DNA of 64,000 nt, taken from contig OZ024742.1 of assembly GCA_964016885.1 (NCBI GenBank), positions 293,446,001-293,510,000 of the forward strand. The letters are read 5' to 3'. Positions 1-11,651 of the stretch are shown piece after piece (positions within the stretch are counted from its first letter, which is position 1; the number at the start of each line of letters is the position of its first letter). Position numbers and translations under genes: made by a program. The notes beneath the pieces are model-generated. The model was not told where the DNA came from, made no database searches, and saw nothing but the letters and a program-made list of their open reading frames with translations. The DNA comes from Eledone cirrhosa. Lineage: Eukaryota.

Positions 1-887
1 ACCACCCTAATCAGATAATTATATTAGCAAAATATCCAGCAATGCCACAGGCTTGGAACATGTTAGTTAAAAAAGTCTGCAGTATTACAGAGACTATAGG
101 ACTATATATACATGGTGAAGAAGAATATCATATTGTAACAGGGATAACTACTACCTACTATTTAGATAAGAATCTAAGCAAATATTGTACAGTAAATCAA
201 TGAAAACTGGAAAGCTGAATACAAATATATTCACAATAAAATTATATTCTTATTCACAAGATATATACGGAAAGATCTATCTATTCCGCAATACAATTTG
301 AATATATACAGAATTATAATAGAATTATGTTGTAACATATAACTTCCGTTCTTGCTTCCAGCTAATTTAGAGTTGTAGATGGTTTTTTGAGAAATTACAT
401 TATATCCTTCTGTTACATTCTAAGATGGGAAATGACCACGCTTTACTCATGTTTCATTTTGGCATGGTTTCTATGACTAGATACCCTTCCTAACACCAAC
501 CACTTTATAGCATGTACTAGAAGCATGGTTTCTATGGCTGAATACCCTTCCTAACACCAACCACTTTAAAGCATGCACTAGCTGCATTTTATTCTGTGAT
601 CAGCACTACCACCTTACAGGGTTGACTGGGTGATTTTGTTATGGCACAAAAACTTCCACTTTACAGTTTTACAGTGTGGGCTATAACTTTATTGTGGTAC
701 TTATAAATGTGTGTGTGTGTGTGTGTGTGCACGCATACATGCATGCATGGTGGTTTAATGAAAAAAGAGATTCACAAAATAAGTGCCAGGCTTGAAAAAT
801 ATGTGCTGTAGTCAATATGATAAATTGAAAAAAAAAGGTGGTGATGCAATATGGCCACAGAAAAAGAATCAAAGAATGCTGACTTAC

Positions 888-1073
888 CCCAGGTCTTGGG
901 AGGGATTGATAAACATGTTTCTCCATTTTTCCTTGACATACATCATTAACTTCCTTCACTAAAATGGAGAGTTCATTGATTTGACCTTCCCAAGCTTTAG
1001 CAAAAACATCCAAGTTTCCTTCGGCAATTCGACTGCCAGGATACTGAGCAAAAGTCTGGGCGGCATTTAAAAG
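888..1073 (-). CDS. CTNNAL1: alpha-catulin exon (LLNAAQTFAQYPGSRIAEGNLDVFAKAWEGQINELSILVKEVNDVCQGKMEKHVYQSLPRPG)
   Basis: 186 nt, tttccAG acceptor, GTAAGT donor, phase 0/0. The peptide resembles alpha-catulin as I recall it (…SKIAKENLDVFCEAWESQI…YLSLPKP). Confidence 0.9.
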
Positions 1074-1332
1074 CTGGAAAAAGTGAAAATATATCATATT
1101 CATGAAGAATCTTAAAATCTTAAAAAATACAAATAAATTTAACTCTTCACCAACCTATTTCTAATAAGATACACTCTATTTCAATTAATTAATGGAAAAG
1201 TTTGAGGGAATAACTAAAATTATTAATTATTTCATTACTAAAACAACATCTTAACATATAAAATATGAGATAAATAATGGGGTTGATTACATTGACTTTC
1301 CCTTCTCTGAATATTGTTAGTTTTATGTTTAA

Positions 1333-1566
1333 CCCTTTCATGACTACATTTCTAATGAAATATACTCTATTTTAATTAATTGATAAAGCATTTCAAGGGA
1401 TTTACTAAAACTATTAATTATTTCCTTACTATGATAGTAACTTAATGTAAGTTTCTTATATAAAATTGTGTTGGAAAATTTTAATTTATAAATAGAAACC
1501 CTTTAAATGGCTAATTTTGTTTCATAGAACTAGGGCCAGTTTTTGGCCTAGTTGGTATCAAAAGGG
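1333..1566. mobile_element. piggyBac-type MITE (~235 bp); further copies near 9780-10016, 21770-21940, 24310-24530, 28545-28765, 29218-29475, 38727-39150, 40578-40757, 42090-42310
   Basis: TTAA|CCCTTT…AAAGGG|TTAA termini and a conserved body recurring across the window. Confidence 0.75.
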
Positions 1567-1944
1567 TTAAGCATGTCAAAATATCTTATAATCACCACCA
1601 TCATCATCATTTTACATGTTTTCCATGCTGGTATGGGTTGGATGGACTATGAAAGTCCAAGTCAGTTCTGCCTCGGGGGGGGGGGGGGGGGGGGGTGTCT
1701 ACCCCCTGGCTCGCCTGTTGATAAGATAATGATGATAAACATTTATAATCATCATCCTACTACAGCATCACTACTGTTCTTATTATCAATCATCATCATC
1801 ATCATAAGCAGCATCACTGTAAGCCATCAATTCTCTAGAAGTTTCTTTAGCTGATTATCAAATCCACATCTTACTTATTGTTCTTATTTATTTTCTTTTA
1901 TATTCAGTCTTATCCATTTATTATTTATTTATCATCATGAAGCG

Positions 1945-2135
1945 CGTTGGATTGGCAGTATCGGTAGAGTGTCGGACGCCATGCTTTGACGCATAGAGTT
2001 ACGGCCCTTGCCATTCTGAGTTCAAATCCCGCCAAGATTAACTTTGCCTTTCATCCTTACGGGCTCGATAAAATAAAGTACCATAATGCACTGAGTAATT
2101 GCTGGCCTTGTGCCAAAAAGTAGAAACAATTATTT
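1945..2135 (+). mobile_element. tRNA-derived SINE, family 1
   Basis: TGGCAGTATCGGTAG A-box-like motif, GAGTTCAAATCCC B-box, conserved gcctttcatccttacggggtcgataaaa core. About 15 copies in the window. Confidence 0.8.
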
Positions 2136-2355
2136 ATTTTTTATCATCATCATCATCATAAGCACTATCAATTCACTAGAATTGACTTTAGCTGCCTACC
2201 CATCCTACCCACTAAATCTGGTTCCCTCTTAACACTTATTTATTTATTTGCTCACAATAAAGATGGGGAGAGTGAGAGAGCCGGAGGCAGTGACAGTTTG
2301 GTTACTTTGTGTTCAGACCTGGTGTGTATATATGAGAGAATGAGTTCACTGCCAA

Positions 2356-2520
2356 TAATTGTTTCTACTTTAGGCACAAGGCCAGCAATTACCCAGTACA
2401 TTACTGGTACTTTATTTTATCGACCCCGTAAGGATGAAAGGCAAAGTTAACCTCGGCGGGATTTGAACTCAGATCATAAAGGGACGTAACTCTATGCTAG
2501 AAAGCATGGCGTTCACTGCC
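2356..2520 (-). mobile_element. SINE family 1, inverted relative to the 1945-2135 copy
   Basis: Reverse complement of the family 1 sequence. Confidence 0.8.
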
Positions 2521-3213
2521 AATAATGAAAAGAGTATGTTGCTACTACTACTACTACTACTAAATCTGAATTTTTTTATTATTTTAAAATTTATTTGAAA
2601 ATCATTCATTAAGGCTGTCATTGATTTAAACAGTGAGATATAATAGATTAGGTGGGATATCTAGCGCCTCTTACAGTTGAGAGGGAGAGAGAGGGATGGA
2701 GAGAGTAGAGATGGAGAGAGAGAGAGAGGGATGGTGAGAAGGAGTAAAGAGAGATGGAGAGAGAGTAGATAGGGAGAGATGGAGGGGAAGAGAGAGAGAC
2801 AGGCAGAAAGAGAAGGACAGCAGAAGAAAAAGAAGCATAAATAAGGTTTTTTTTAAAAGGGTGAAATAGAAGGATAACTATAAAGTAGTTAAAAGTTTCT
2901 ATTGTTAAACCTTTCCATAGCCTCCATAAACTGAAAGATCTTGTTTATAGTTGGTAGATCTCTGACAATACATTGCACCTCCTTTTATTTTTCTTCCATC
3001 TTTCTCTTCTGTTTTTCTCTCCCTTGTCTTTCTCTCTTTATTTATTTATTTTATTTTATTCTTTTTTCTGACTTCTTGGCTTTCCCTTTATCTTGTCTTT
3101 TTCTCCTCATCCATATTCTCTCCATTATTATTCACATCTCTCCTAAAAAGTACCCCCCCCCCCCCCCCCCGGGTCTTTGCCTACTTATATTGTCTCTCTA
3201 CCACAGAACATTC

Positions 3214-3268
3214 AGTCTTGTCTGATGATCTTGTGAATAAACTGGTGAAATTCCAGAGTAATAAAACT
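3214..3268 (+). ncRNA. decayed type I hammerhead-like motif
   Basis: agtcttgt-CTGATGA-…-GAAA-ttccagag-TA-ataaaact; stems are only partly paired. Confidence 0.4.
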
Positions 3269-4178
3269 CATCAATTAGACATAATAAATATTCATTATCA
3301 CAATAAATATTTATCATCATCAACCTTTCAAGGTCTATAAAAAAGTTCCAGTCTAGTACTGGGAGTCGACTCTTCAACATTACATGCAATTTGGGATGTC
3401 CTCAGATGAAATTTTGTTTTTAGTTTGACTAACAAGCAGATTGAAGCTAGAGTCTGGTCTATAACACAAATATGGACCTTGAACCAATCATCTGTGAAAC
3501 ATATGTAATACATGATTTTCAAAGTATATCATGTTAGGAATAAAAACATAAATTAGTGGTGTCTTGTTCATTTGTTAATTCGTGTCCATATGATATGGGG
3601 AAATCATCTTCCCTACAGTAATATCACAGCACAACAAGAGTACAACTTCTTGTTTCTTTGAAATGGCATAGCTTCTCTTGACTCACTGAGACCAACTTCA
3701 ATTACTCACTTGACATTATTTGACCAACTAGCTACTCACTTATTAACTTCACACTTCATCACTGCTGCTGCTACAACTACAACAACTACTACTACTACTA
3801 AAATGAAAGAATCAATCAAACAACAACCAAACCAAAACTCATTAACTGCTGCTAAACCACTTCCAATATCTCACAAAGTTACTGAAATTATTGAATAAAC
3901 CAACCAACCAATCTCTCTCTCTCTCTCTCTCTCTCTTATATATATATATGTGTGTGTATAATATATATATGTGTGTGTATATATATATATATATATTATT
4001 TTTATGTGTGTATATATATGTGTGTGTGTGTGTATGTATGTTTAAAATACTATAGCATTAAAACATTCAAACAACCAGCTGAAACTTTGAAGTCACTTTC
4101 ATTTTTCTACTTAAAAAAAAAAATATATATATATGTGTGCTTGTGTATATGTATGCATGTGTGTGTATGTGTATATGA

Positions 4179-4225
<47 letters not shown>

Positions 4226-4567
4226 TATACACACACACATACAAAACTTATGAAGTATCTTAATGTGCAATTTGTGAAAAATTTCATTTTCAATTTCTAA
4301 ATTTTCTAAGCAGATCAGGATGTTTAATGTTCAATATTTAAGAGAATTAAAGATAAGAGATTAAAGCTAAGTTAATAATGTAATAATGGTTTCTGTGGAA
4401 GAGGATATAGAAACCAGTCATTTTATTAACGTATGCTAAAATTAACATTATACCATTGCTACCTCTAACAAACCCACCTCCTGACATCTAGAATACATCT
4501 CCTGTTACTATTAATAACTTGCCAACAATTCCCAATGTTTAATGGTCATGTTTAATATATTTTTTGT

Positions 4568-4623
<56 letters not shown>

Positions 4624-4712
4624 TATTTCCGTAGGAAGGGTAAAGGAAAAGAGAGTGCTCTATGTAAGCTAAAAAGCTATTTAATTATGTAATAAACAAC
4701 ATGAGACAATTA

Positions 4713-4785
4713 TTCCATTTACCAAAGGTTTCACGAAGACAGACGAGCTCAACACAGACGTCTGAAATCGCTCATCAGAATGAAA
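4713..4785 (-). ncRNA. type I hammerhead ribozyme
   Basis: tttcatt-CTGATGA-gcga…tcgt-GAAA-cc-ttt-gg-TA-aatggaa: 7-bp stem I, paired stems II and III, GUA cleavage triplet. Confidence 0.8.
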
Positions 4786-4925
4786 AATTTAATATGATCG
4801 TAAGATATGAATCCCATTATTTTATTTTATTTTATTTTATTTCTTATTTTTATATTATATATCAACCTTTATATTATATATTTAACCTTTGTTTTTAAAT
4901 TCATATCTTACGTCCATATTAAATT

Positions 4926-4998
4926 TTTCATTCTAATGAGCGATTTCAGACGTCTCTATTGAGCTCGTCTGTCTTTGTGAAACCTTTGGTAAATGGAA
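4926..4998 (+). ncRNA. hammerhead copy with mutated core (CTAATGA)
   Basis: Mirror of 4713-4785 with a G5->A change. Confidence 0.65.
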
Positions 4999-5170
4999 TA
5001 ATTGTCTTATGTTGTTTATTACATAACTATATATATATAGACAGTCGATTGACATGACACTCCCAAAGTATATACATATACATACATATATACATATATA
5101 TATACATATACATACATACATATACATATATACATATATACATATACATATATATATATATATACATACA

Positions 5171-7133
5171 CTGTGGGAAACACTATGGTCACCCGGATAG
5201 TAAACCAAGTCATACAGAATGGGGTTGTTCCGAAGGACTGGCGCAGCAGCATCATCATTAACTGCTACAAGGGTAAAGGTGATGCCCTAGATAGGGGAAA
5301 CTATAGAGGCATTAAATTAATTGACCAGGTCATGAAGGTCACAGAAAAAGTAATAGCGCAACTAATCAGAGAGCGAATTGCAGACGAAATGCAGTTCGGG
5401 TTTGTGTCAGGTAAAACTACAACAGACGCTCTTCACATTGTACGACAACTACAGGAGAAGTACCTAGCTAAAAGTAAACCCCTATACTTAGCTTTTGTTG
5501 ACTTGGAAAAAGCCTTTGACAGAGTACCCCACTCGATTATCTGGTGGGCTCTTAGAAAACTAGGTGTTGATGAATGGCTTGTGAGAGCTATACAAGCCAT
5601 GTATAAAGAAACAGTCAGCAAGGTTAGAATTAACAACGAATATAGTGAAGAGTTTAGTGTAAAAGTTGGTGTTCATCAGGGCTCCGTTCTTAGCCCCCTA
5701 CTATTTATTATTGCCCTTCAGGCTATAACAGAGGAGTTCAAGACCGGCTGCCCATGGGAACTCCTATATGCAGATGATCTAACGCTCATAGCTGAATCAA
5801 TGGCAGAACTAGAGAAGAAATTCCAAACATGGAAGCATGGCCTAGAATCGAAAGGCCTTAAAGTTAACTTGTCTAAGACTAAAGTTCTAGTTTGTAGAAA
5901 GGAAAATAGGGCACAGGTGCCCTCAGGGAAATGGCCATGCTCAGTGTGTAGGAAAGGAGAAGGTAGAAATTCCATTTTATGTCCCAAATGCAAAGTATGG
6001 GTACATAAAAGATGTAGTGGGATCACAGGTAAACTATCTAAGAACGTAGACTTTATATGTGGCCAATGCTCAGGTACAATAAGTAGCAAGTGTCCAAAGG
6101 ATACTAGCTCCTTCTATTGCCCAGATGGTTCTATAGAAATAGTGGACAGCTTCCGTTACCTGGGTGACAAAATCAGCAGTGGGGGAGGGTGCTCTGAAAG
6201 TACAGTAGCTAGAGTCAGAACGGGATGGAAAAAGTTCAGAGAGCTTATACCACTATTGGCCGCTAAAGGGTTTTCTCTAAAAATGAAAGGCAGGCTGTAT
6301 GATGCCTGCATACGAACAGCAATGTTACATGGCAGTGAGACCTGGGCATTGTGTGCAGAGGATATATGCAGACTGGAGAGAAACGAAGCTTGCATGCTCC
6401 GCTGGATGTGTAATAGTAATATATGTGAACGGCAAAGCATAAACGAACTAAGGGAGAAATTAGGAATAAGAGGGAGAAATTAGGAATAAGAGGGATCAGA
6501 TGTTGTTTACTCAAGAGAAGACTACGTTGGTATGGTCACGTGATGCGCATGAAAGACAACAGCTGTATAAAAAAGTGCAGGGCAATAAAAATAGACGGTA
6601 GCCACGGAGTAGGCAGACCCAGAAAAACCTGGGACGACTTGATAAATTCCGACCTCACACACTTACACCTCTCCAAGACAATGTCACTGGACCGAGATCT
6701 TTGGCGCTACACAGTAATAGAGCAGACCCGCCTTACCTAAGTGCAAAGTGAAACCTACTACAGTCAGTAGGCACCTCTAACAAAATACACCCCCATCCCA
6801 CTACCCCCACCCCATCCACACCACCCCTTTCAATGTAAAGTTATGTTGGTACCACAACATCCAGCCCGAAACAAATGGAGTCGTGTAGGTGTCACAACAA
6901 AAAAACACACAGTCCACACTGTAATGTGGCCGTGTAGGTAACACGGTAAAAACCTCCCAATTCCACACTGTAAATGTGGTTGGTGTTAGGAAGGGCATCC
7001 AGCCGTAGAAAACACGCCTGACAGTCCTATGCGAACAAGACAACCACTCTTGCCTCAAGTGGGAAAACTCCCGTCCAAACCCATGCAAGCGTGGAATATG
7101 GACGTTAAACGATGATGATGATGATGATGATGA
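5171..7133 (+). mobile_element. RTE-clade LINE subfamily A, 5'-truncated, RT frameshifted by a 20-bp duplication (6451-6490)
   Basis: RT motifs [40 protein letters not shown]; (GAT)n tail; flanked by TA/TACA repeats. Confidence 0.92.
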
Positions 7134-7384
7134 TATATATATGTATTATTCATTTCTTACATTACTTTAGCCATCATGGCTGGTAATGTTGGGCTAATCT
7201 GATATAAAATATTCTACAGGAAAAATTTCTAAAACAAAACAAACAAAAAAACAAGCTGGAAATCATGTAAAATGTAAGAAGAAGAAAAATACAGAGTTGG
7301 TACATGAGTTATTGTAGTGTAAAATAATGTTTTCTTTATTGTAGTGTTAAATAATGGGGAAAGAAGAATATATTGTTCACTTAC

Positions 7385-7477
7385 CAATGGACATGTAACA
7401 TGGATTACTGATTCATTGTGTTCTGCTGTGATAATAAGTGGACCAGTATTAGCTATGTGGCGTAATAGCTTGCACAC
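7385..7477 (-). CDS. CTNNAL1: alpha-catulin exon (VCKLLRHIANTGPLIITAEHNESVIHVTCPL)
   Basis: 93 nt, tgtttctAG acceptor, GTAAGT donor. Joins in frame to the 1073-888 exon and resembles catulin CRLLRHISGTEPLEIT. Confidence 0.9.
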
Positions 7478-8712
7478 CTAGAAACAAAGAAAAAAGAGGA
7501 CCAGTATAATAATTTGCATGCCTAAACAGAAAGATAGAAAAAAAAGAACTGGTATTAGCTAAGAGTAGAGCTGGTGCATGGGTATTTATTGCCCTAGGTT
7601 AATAATATAATGGTTTCTTATATAGGCACAAGGGCAGCAATTTGGGGACAGGGAAAGTCAATTAGTGCATTACTAGTACTTTATTTTATCGAACCTATAA
7701 GGATGAAAGGCAAAGCTAACCTCAACAGGATTTGAACATTCTGAGTTCAAATCCTGCCGAGGTTAGCTTTACTAATCCTATAATGTTGTGTCACCAGCAC
7801 AACCATCTTACATCCTATAATGTCTTACTGCCATGTAGTTCATATGCAGGCATCATACAGTCTACCCTTTACTCTAAACAAGAGTTGTTGCCAGAAAAAA
7901 TACCAATTCCCTAGAATTCTTTCCTTGGCTGTCACACTTTCAGGGCATCCTCCCCTAACTATTGATTACATCTCTTAATCAACAATTTTTAGCGAGCCTC
8001 TATTACAAACAAGGAAATCAATTTCATGTGTGCTCTTAGTTCTTACTTCTGAGACTCTGCTGCATATAGTCTATGATGATGATATATATATATATACAAT
8101 TTATCTCTACTATCTCCACACACACACTGACATAATACATACATACATACACAACTTACTTTATAATAATGTACTTTATACACACACAAATAATGATATA
8201 TATGTTATAAATAATTTATTTTCCTGATACACACAATACATATATATGTAGCACTTCTGTACGAGCGAGACATGGTCTCCCGACCAAATCCCACATCAAA
8301 TGGAACAAAACCATCTAACCCATGCTAGCGTGGAAGATGGACGTTAAACAATGATGATTATGATGATATATATATATATATGTACAACAATTTACATTAT
8401 CTATAAACACACTAATAATTGTTTCTACATTTGGCACAAGGCCAGCAATTTGAAGGGAAAGAGGAAAGTCGAGAAAACCGACCCCAGTGCGTTACTGGTA
8501 GTGTATTTTATCGACCCCGTAAGGATGAAAAGCAAAGCTAACCTTGGCGGGATTTGAACTCGGAGAATAAAGGGCCATGAGTAAATACTGCAAAGCATTT
8601 TGTCCGACGCTCTACCAACTTTGCTAGTCAATCGAATGATGTATATATCATAGTTTATCCACCGTTAAGCACACTGATAGTGACATATATGGTATAAATA
8701 GTTTAGTAAATA

Positions 8713-9044
8713 CCGACCTCCCATGGGTACATGCTGAAGCATATAAACAATATGCCCCCACACCCCCCACCGCAAGGTGGTCGTGGAGGTGCCACGGCAA
8801 AAAAGCACCCAGCCCACACTGTAAAGTGGACGTGTAGGCGCCACGAAAAAGCACCCAGCACTCACTGTAAATGAGGTTGGTGTTAGGAAGGGCATCCAGC
8901 TGTAGAAATAAAGCCAGATCAGTTCCTGTATGAGCAAGGCATGGTCAGCCGACCAGACACTGCACACAACAGGACAACCCGTCTAACCCATGCTAGCGTG
9001 GAAGAACGGACGTAAAACGGTGATGATGATGATGATGATGATGA
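8713..9044 (+). mobile_element. RTE subfamily B 3'UTR fragment
   Basis: Near-identical to 52915-53244; (GAT)n tail. Confidence 0.88.
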
Positions 9045-9079
9045 TATGGCATAGTGGTTAGGGGGTTAGTCTCATGACT

Positions 9080-9438
9080 ATAATAATAATAATAATGAAA
9101 TTATTGTGTAAAGTGCTCAGGTGCACTACAACTCATCACAGATGCAGGTATAGTACATAGAATAATATACAAATGTCAGGGAAGTGAATAGTGTAGGAGT
9201 CATGATATACATGTGTGTATGTGTATGGAGGGGGAACATTAGGTGTACTGTTGGCGAATCTCAGGAAGCATGGAGGCCTTAAAGGATGCAGTGTCTCGAC
9301 AGCTAACAACTGATGCAGGTAGTTTGTTCCATGCTTCAGCAACTCTGAGCGTGAAAAAATGTTTCCGAAAGTCATGGGAACTGTGCTGTTTTCTGACTTT
9401 GTGGGCATGCCCACGTGTGTTAGACACATGGAGATCAA
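9080..9438 (-). mobile_element. CR1/L2-group LINE 3' end inserted into a SINE
   Basis: C-terminal peptide TRGHAHKV…FFTLRVAEAWNKLPASVV…FK, 3'UTR and (TTA)n tail. SINE halves lie at ~9047-9080 and ~9440-9540. Confidence 0.8.
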
Positions 9439-11307
9439 AAAGGTACTCAGGATTGATTATCAGACCAGGCAGCACACACTGTTCTTGAGCAAGGCACTTC
9501 ATTTCACATTACTCCTGTCCACCAGGCTGAAAATGAGGAACAGCAACAACAGCAGCTGGAATTAACCTTGTATCAGACTAGTGTCCAGTTCAAAAGAATG
9601 TCTGGAATTCTCAGTTGTTTAATGTTTCATAAAACCAGAATAAGTTCAAGCTTTCGTCAACCCATAAAAATGGACTAAAAACTTATGAAAATAATATATT
9701 TTATCTAAATATAAATATATTGATAGAGATATATATCTTATAAATATATTTATTTCACCAATAAATAATATATAACTCAAGTAAATAATTAATTTCCTCT
9801 ATAAACTATGATAAACTATGTTTTGGAGGGATTTTGAGGGATTTTGTAATATAACACATTTTCTCATTATTAAGTTGATGTTTGGAACAAATCTTAAAGG
9901 TTCTTACATAAAATTATGATGGAAGATTTTTCAATAAACTTTATACACTTTAAATCAAATAGTTTTGTATCATAGAACCAGCAGTGGTTTCAGGCAGTCT
10001 GGTATCAAAAGGGTTAAAAAATCATATGTTAAAGTGAGGCAAGTCATCCCGTAAACAATAGAACAGGGTGTTGTGTTTAGAAGACAGATAACCTTTGCAT
10101 GCTCATAAATTTCAAGACTGAAGTATTCAATATATCCTTCACTTTTTTTAAGATGAGAGAGATTTGACAGCTATTTCTAGTAGGTTTAATGACCATATAT
10201 CTACTGTGACACGGCAGGCCCTTTAAATTAGAAATGCAGACCAGCTTGTGATTCCACAGACATATGTACCCTTAATGTAATTCTCAGGGAGATTCAGTAC
10301 AACACATTTTGACAAGACAGGCCCTTTAAATTAGAAGTGCACACTAGCTTGTGATTCCACAGACATATGTACCCTTAATATAATTCTCAGAGCAAATAAA
10401 AAAGAAAACAGTATGTGACAAGGTTAACTCTCTTGAATTAAAGTAATTATCCACCTGGGCTTCCAAACAGTTTCTATCTACCCAATTTCACTCACCAGAC
10501 TCGAGTCACTCCAAGGCTGTGGTAAATGAGACTTGCTAAAGATTTCATATAAAAGAATTGAACCTGGAAGCGTATGGTTGCCAAGTAAACTACTTATCTA
10601 TTTAGCCATGCTGCAGCCACACTATGTACTAAGTTTAAAGAATTGTCTAAGAAAAGATGTAGTGGTGTCTGCGGTGAACTAACAAGAAAACTGAACTTAA
10701 AATGTACTGAATATAAGAGTAGTTATTAGCAGTAGGGTTACTTTGGAAATAATGTTCTGAACTGTACAGACAGTTCACTTGAGAGAAGTAAACAGTCTGT
10801 TTTGTATAGGTGATATAATTAATGCCAAAAGTAACAAAGAAATGTAGTAGTAGCTAGACTGTAATGGGTGGCAGAAGTTCAAGATGCTGTTAGCTCTGTA
10901 GGACATGTAAAAGGGGGCAGTTAAATAAAACAGTGTGATATAGGAAGTGTTATGTGGCACAACAGTGTTAGTGTTATTTATTAAGTTAATTAAGTTATTT
11001 ATTAAGTTAATGTTCACTATATTTTTATTTCTCATTCCACCTATACCAACCCAGTTTTTGATAACGAAAATGATGTTTATGTATTTACTAGACCTGCTAG
11101 AAATAGCAGCAATGTATAATTCAATACCCTGTTATCTTTAGCCTTTTGATGACAAACCCCTTGAAACCACTCCTAGTTCTATGATACAAAATTGTTTTAA
11201 AGTGTTTACATTTATTTAAAAACCTTTTCAATATACTTTTATGTAAGCACCTCTGTTAAGTTATGCTCCAAACACCAAAATCATTTCAAATTCTCGACAC
11301 CGCCCAT

Positions 11308-11651
11308 TCATCATCATCATCATCATTTTACGTCCATTTTTCCCTGCTTGCAAGGGTGGGAGGGGAACTTATTCTGGCTTGATTTCTACAGCTGGATGCC
11401 CTTCCTAACACCAACCTCATTTACAGTGAGTGCTGGGTGCTTTTTGCCGTGGCACCTGCACAACCACTTTGCAGTGGAATGATAGGGACCCCAGTCCCTA
11501 TCGTCTCATTTCTACAGCTGAGTAAAAAACTGGAGCAATGTGAAATAAAGTGTCTTGCTCAAGGAAACAACACATCACCCGGTCTGAGAATTGAACTCAC
11601 AACCTTTTGATTGCAAGGCCAATGCTCTAACCACTAAGCCATATGCCTCCA
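11308..11651 (-). mobile_element. SINE family 2: tRNA head, CORE-like domain and RTE-B-type 3' tail
   Basis: TGGCTTAGTGG A-box, GTTCAATTC B-box, ccttgagcaagacacttt core, tail shared with RTE-B, (GAT)n end. Confidence 0.8.

Larger units (their letters stand above)
4621..5028. mobile_element. fold-back element in (TA)n, probable Penelope-like pLTR remnant (family H1)
   Basis: Inverted arms ~4684-4812 and ~4898-5027, a ~60-nt one-sided tail, hammerhead core in each arm, (TA)n on both sides. Confidence 0.75.

Noticed and set aside
681-1103. 140-aa ORF as a standalone gene
   Set aside because: Only 888-1073 is exon; the flanks are intron read-through.
11575-11651. tRNA gene
   Set aside because: A and B boxes are present but run into a multicopy SINE body; no acceptor stem or terminator.
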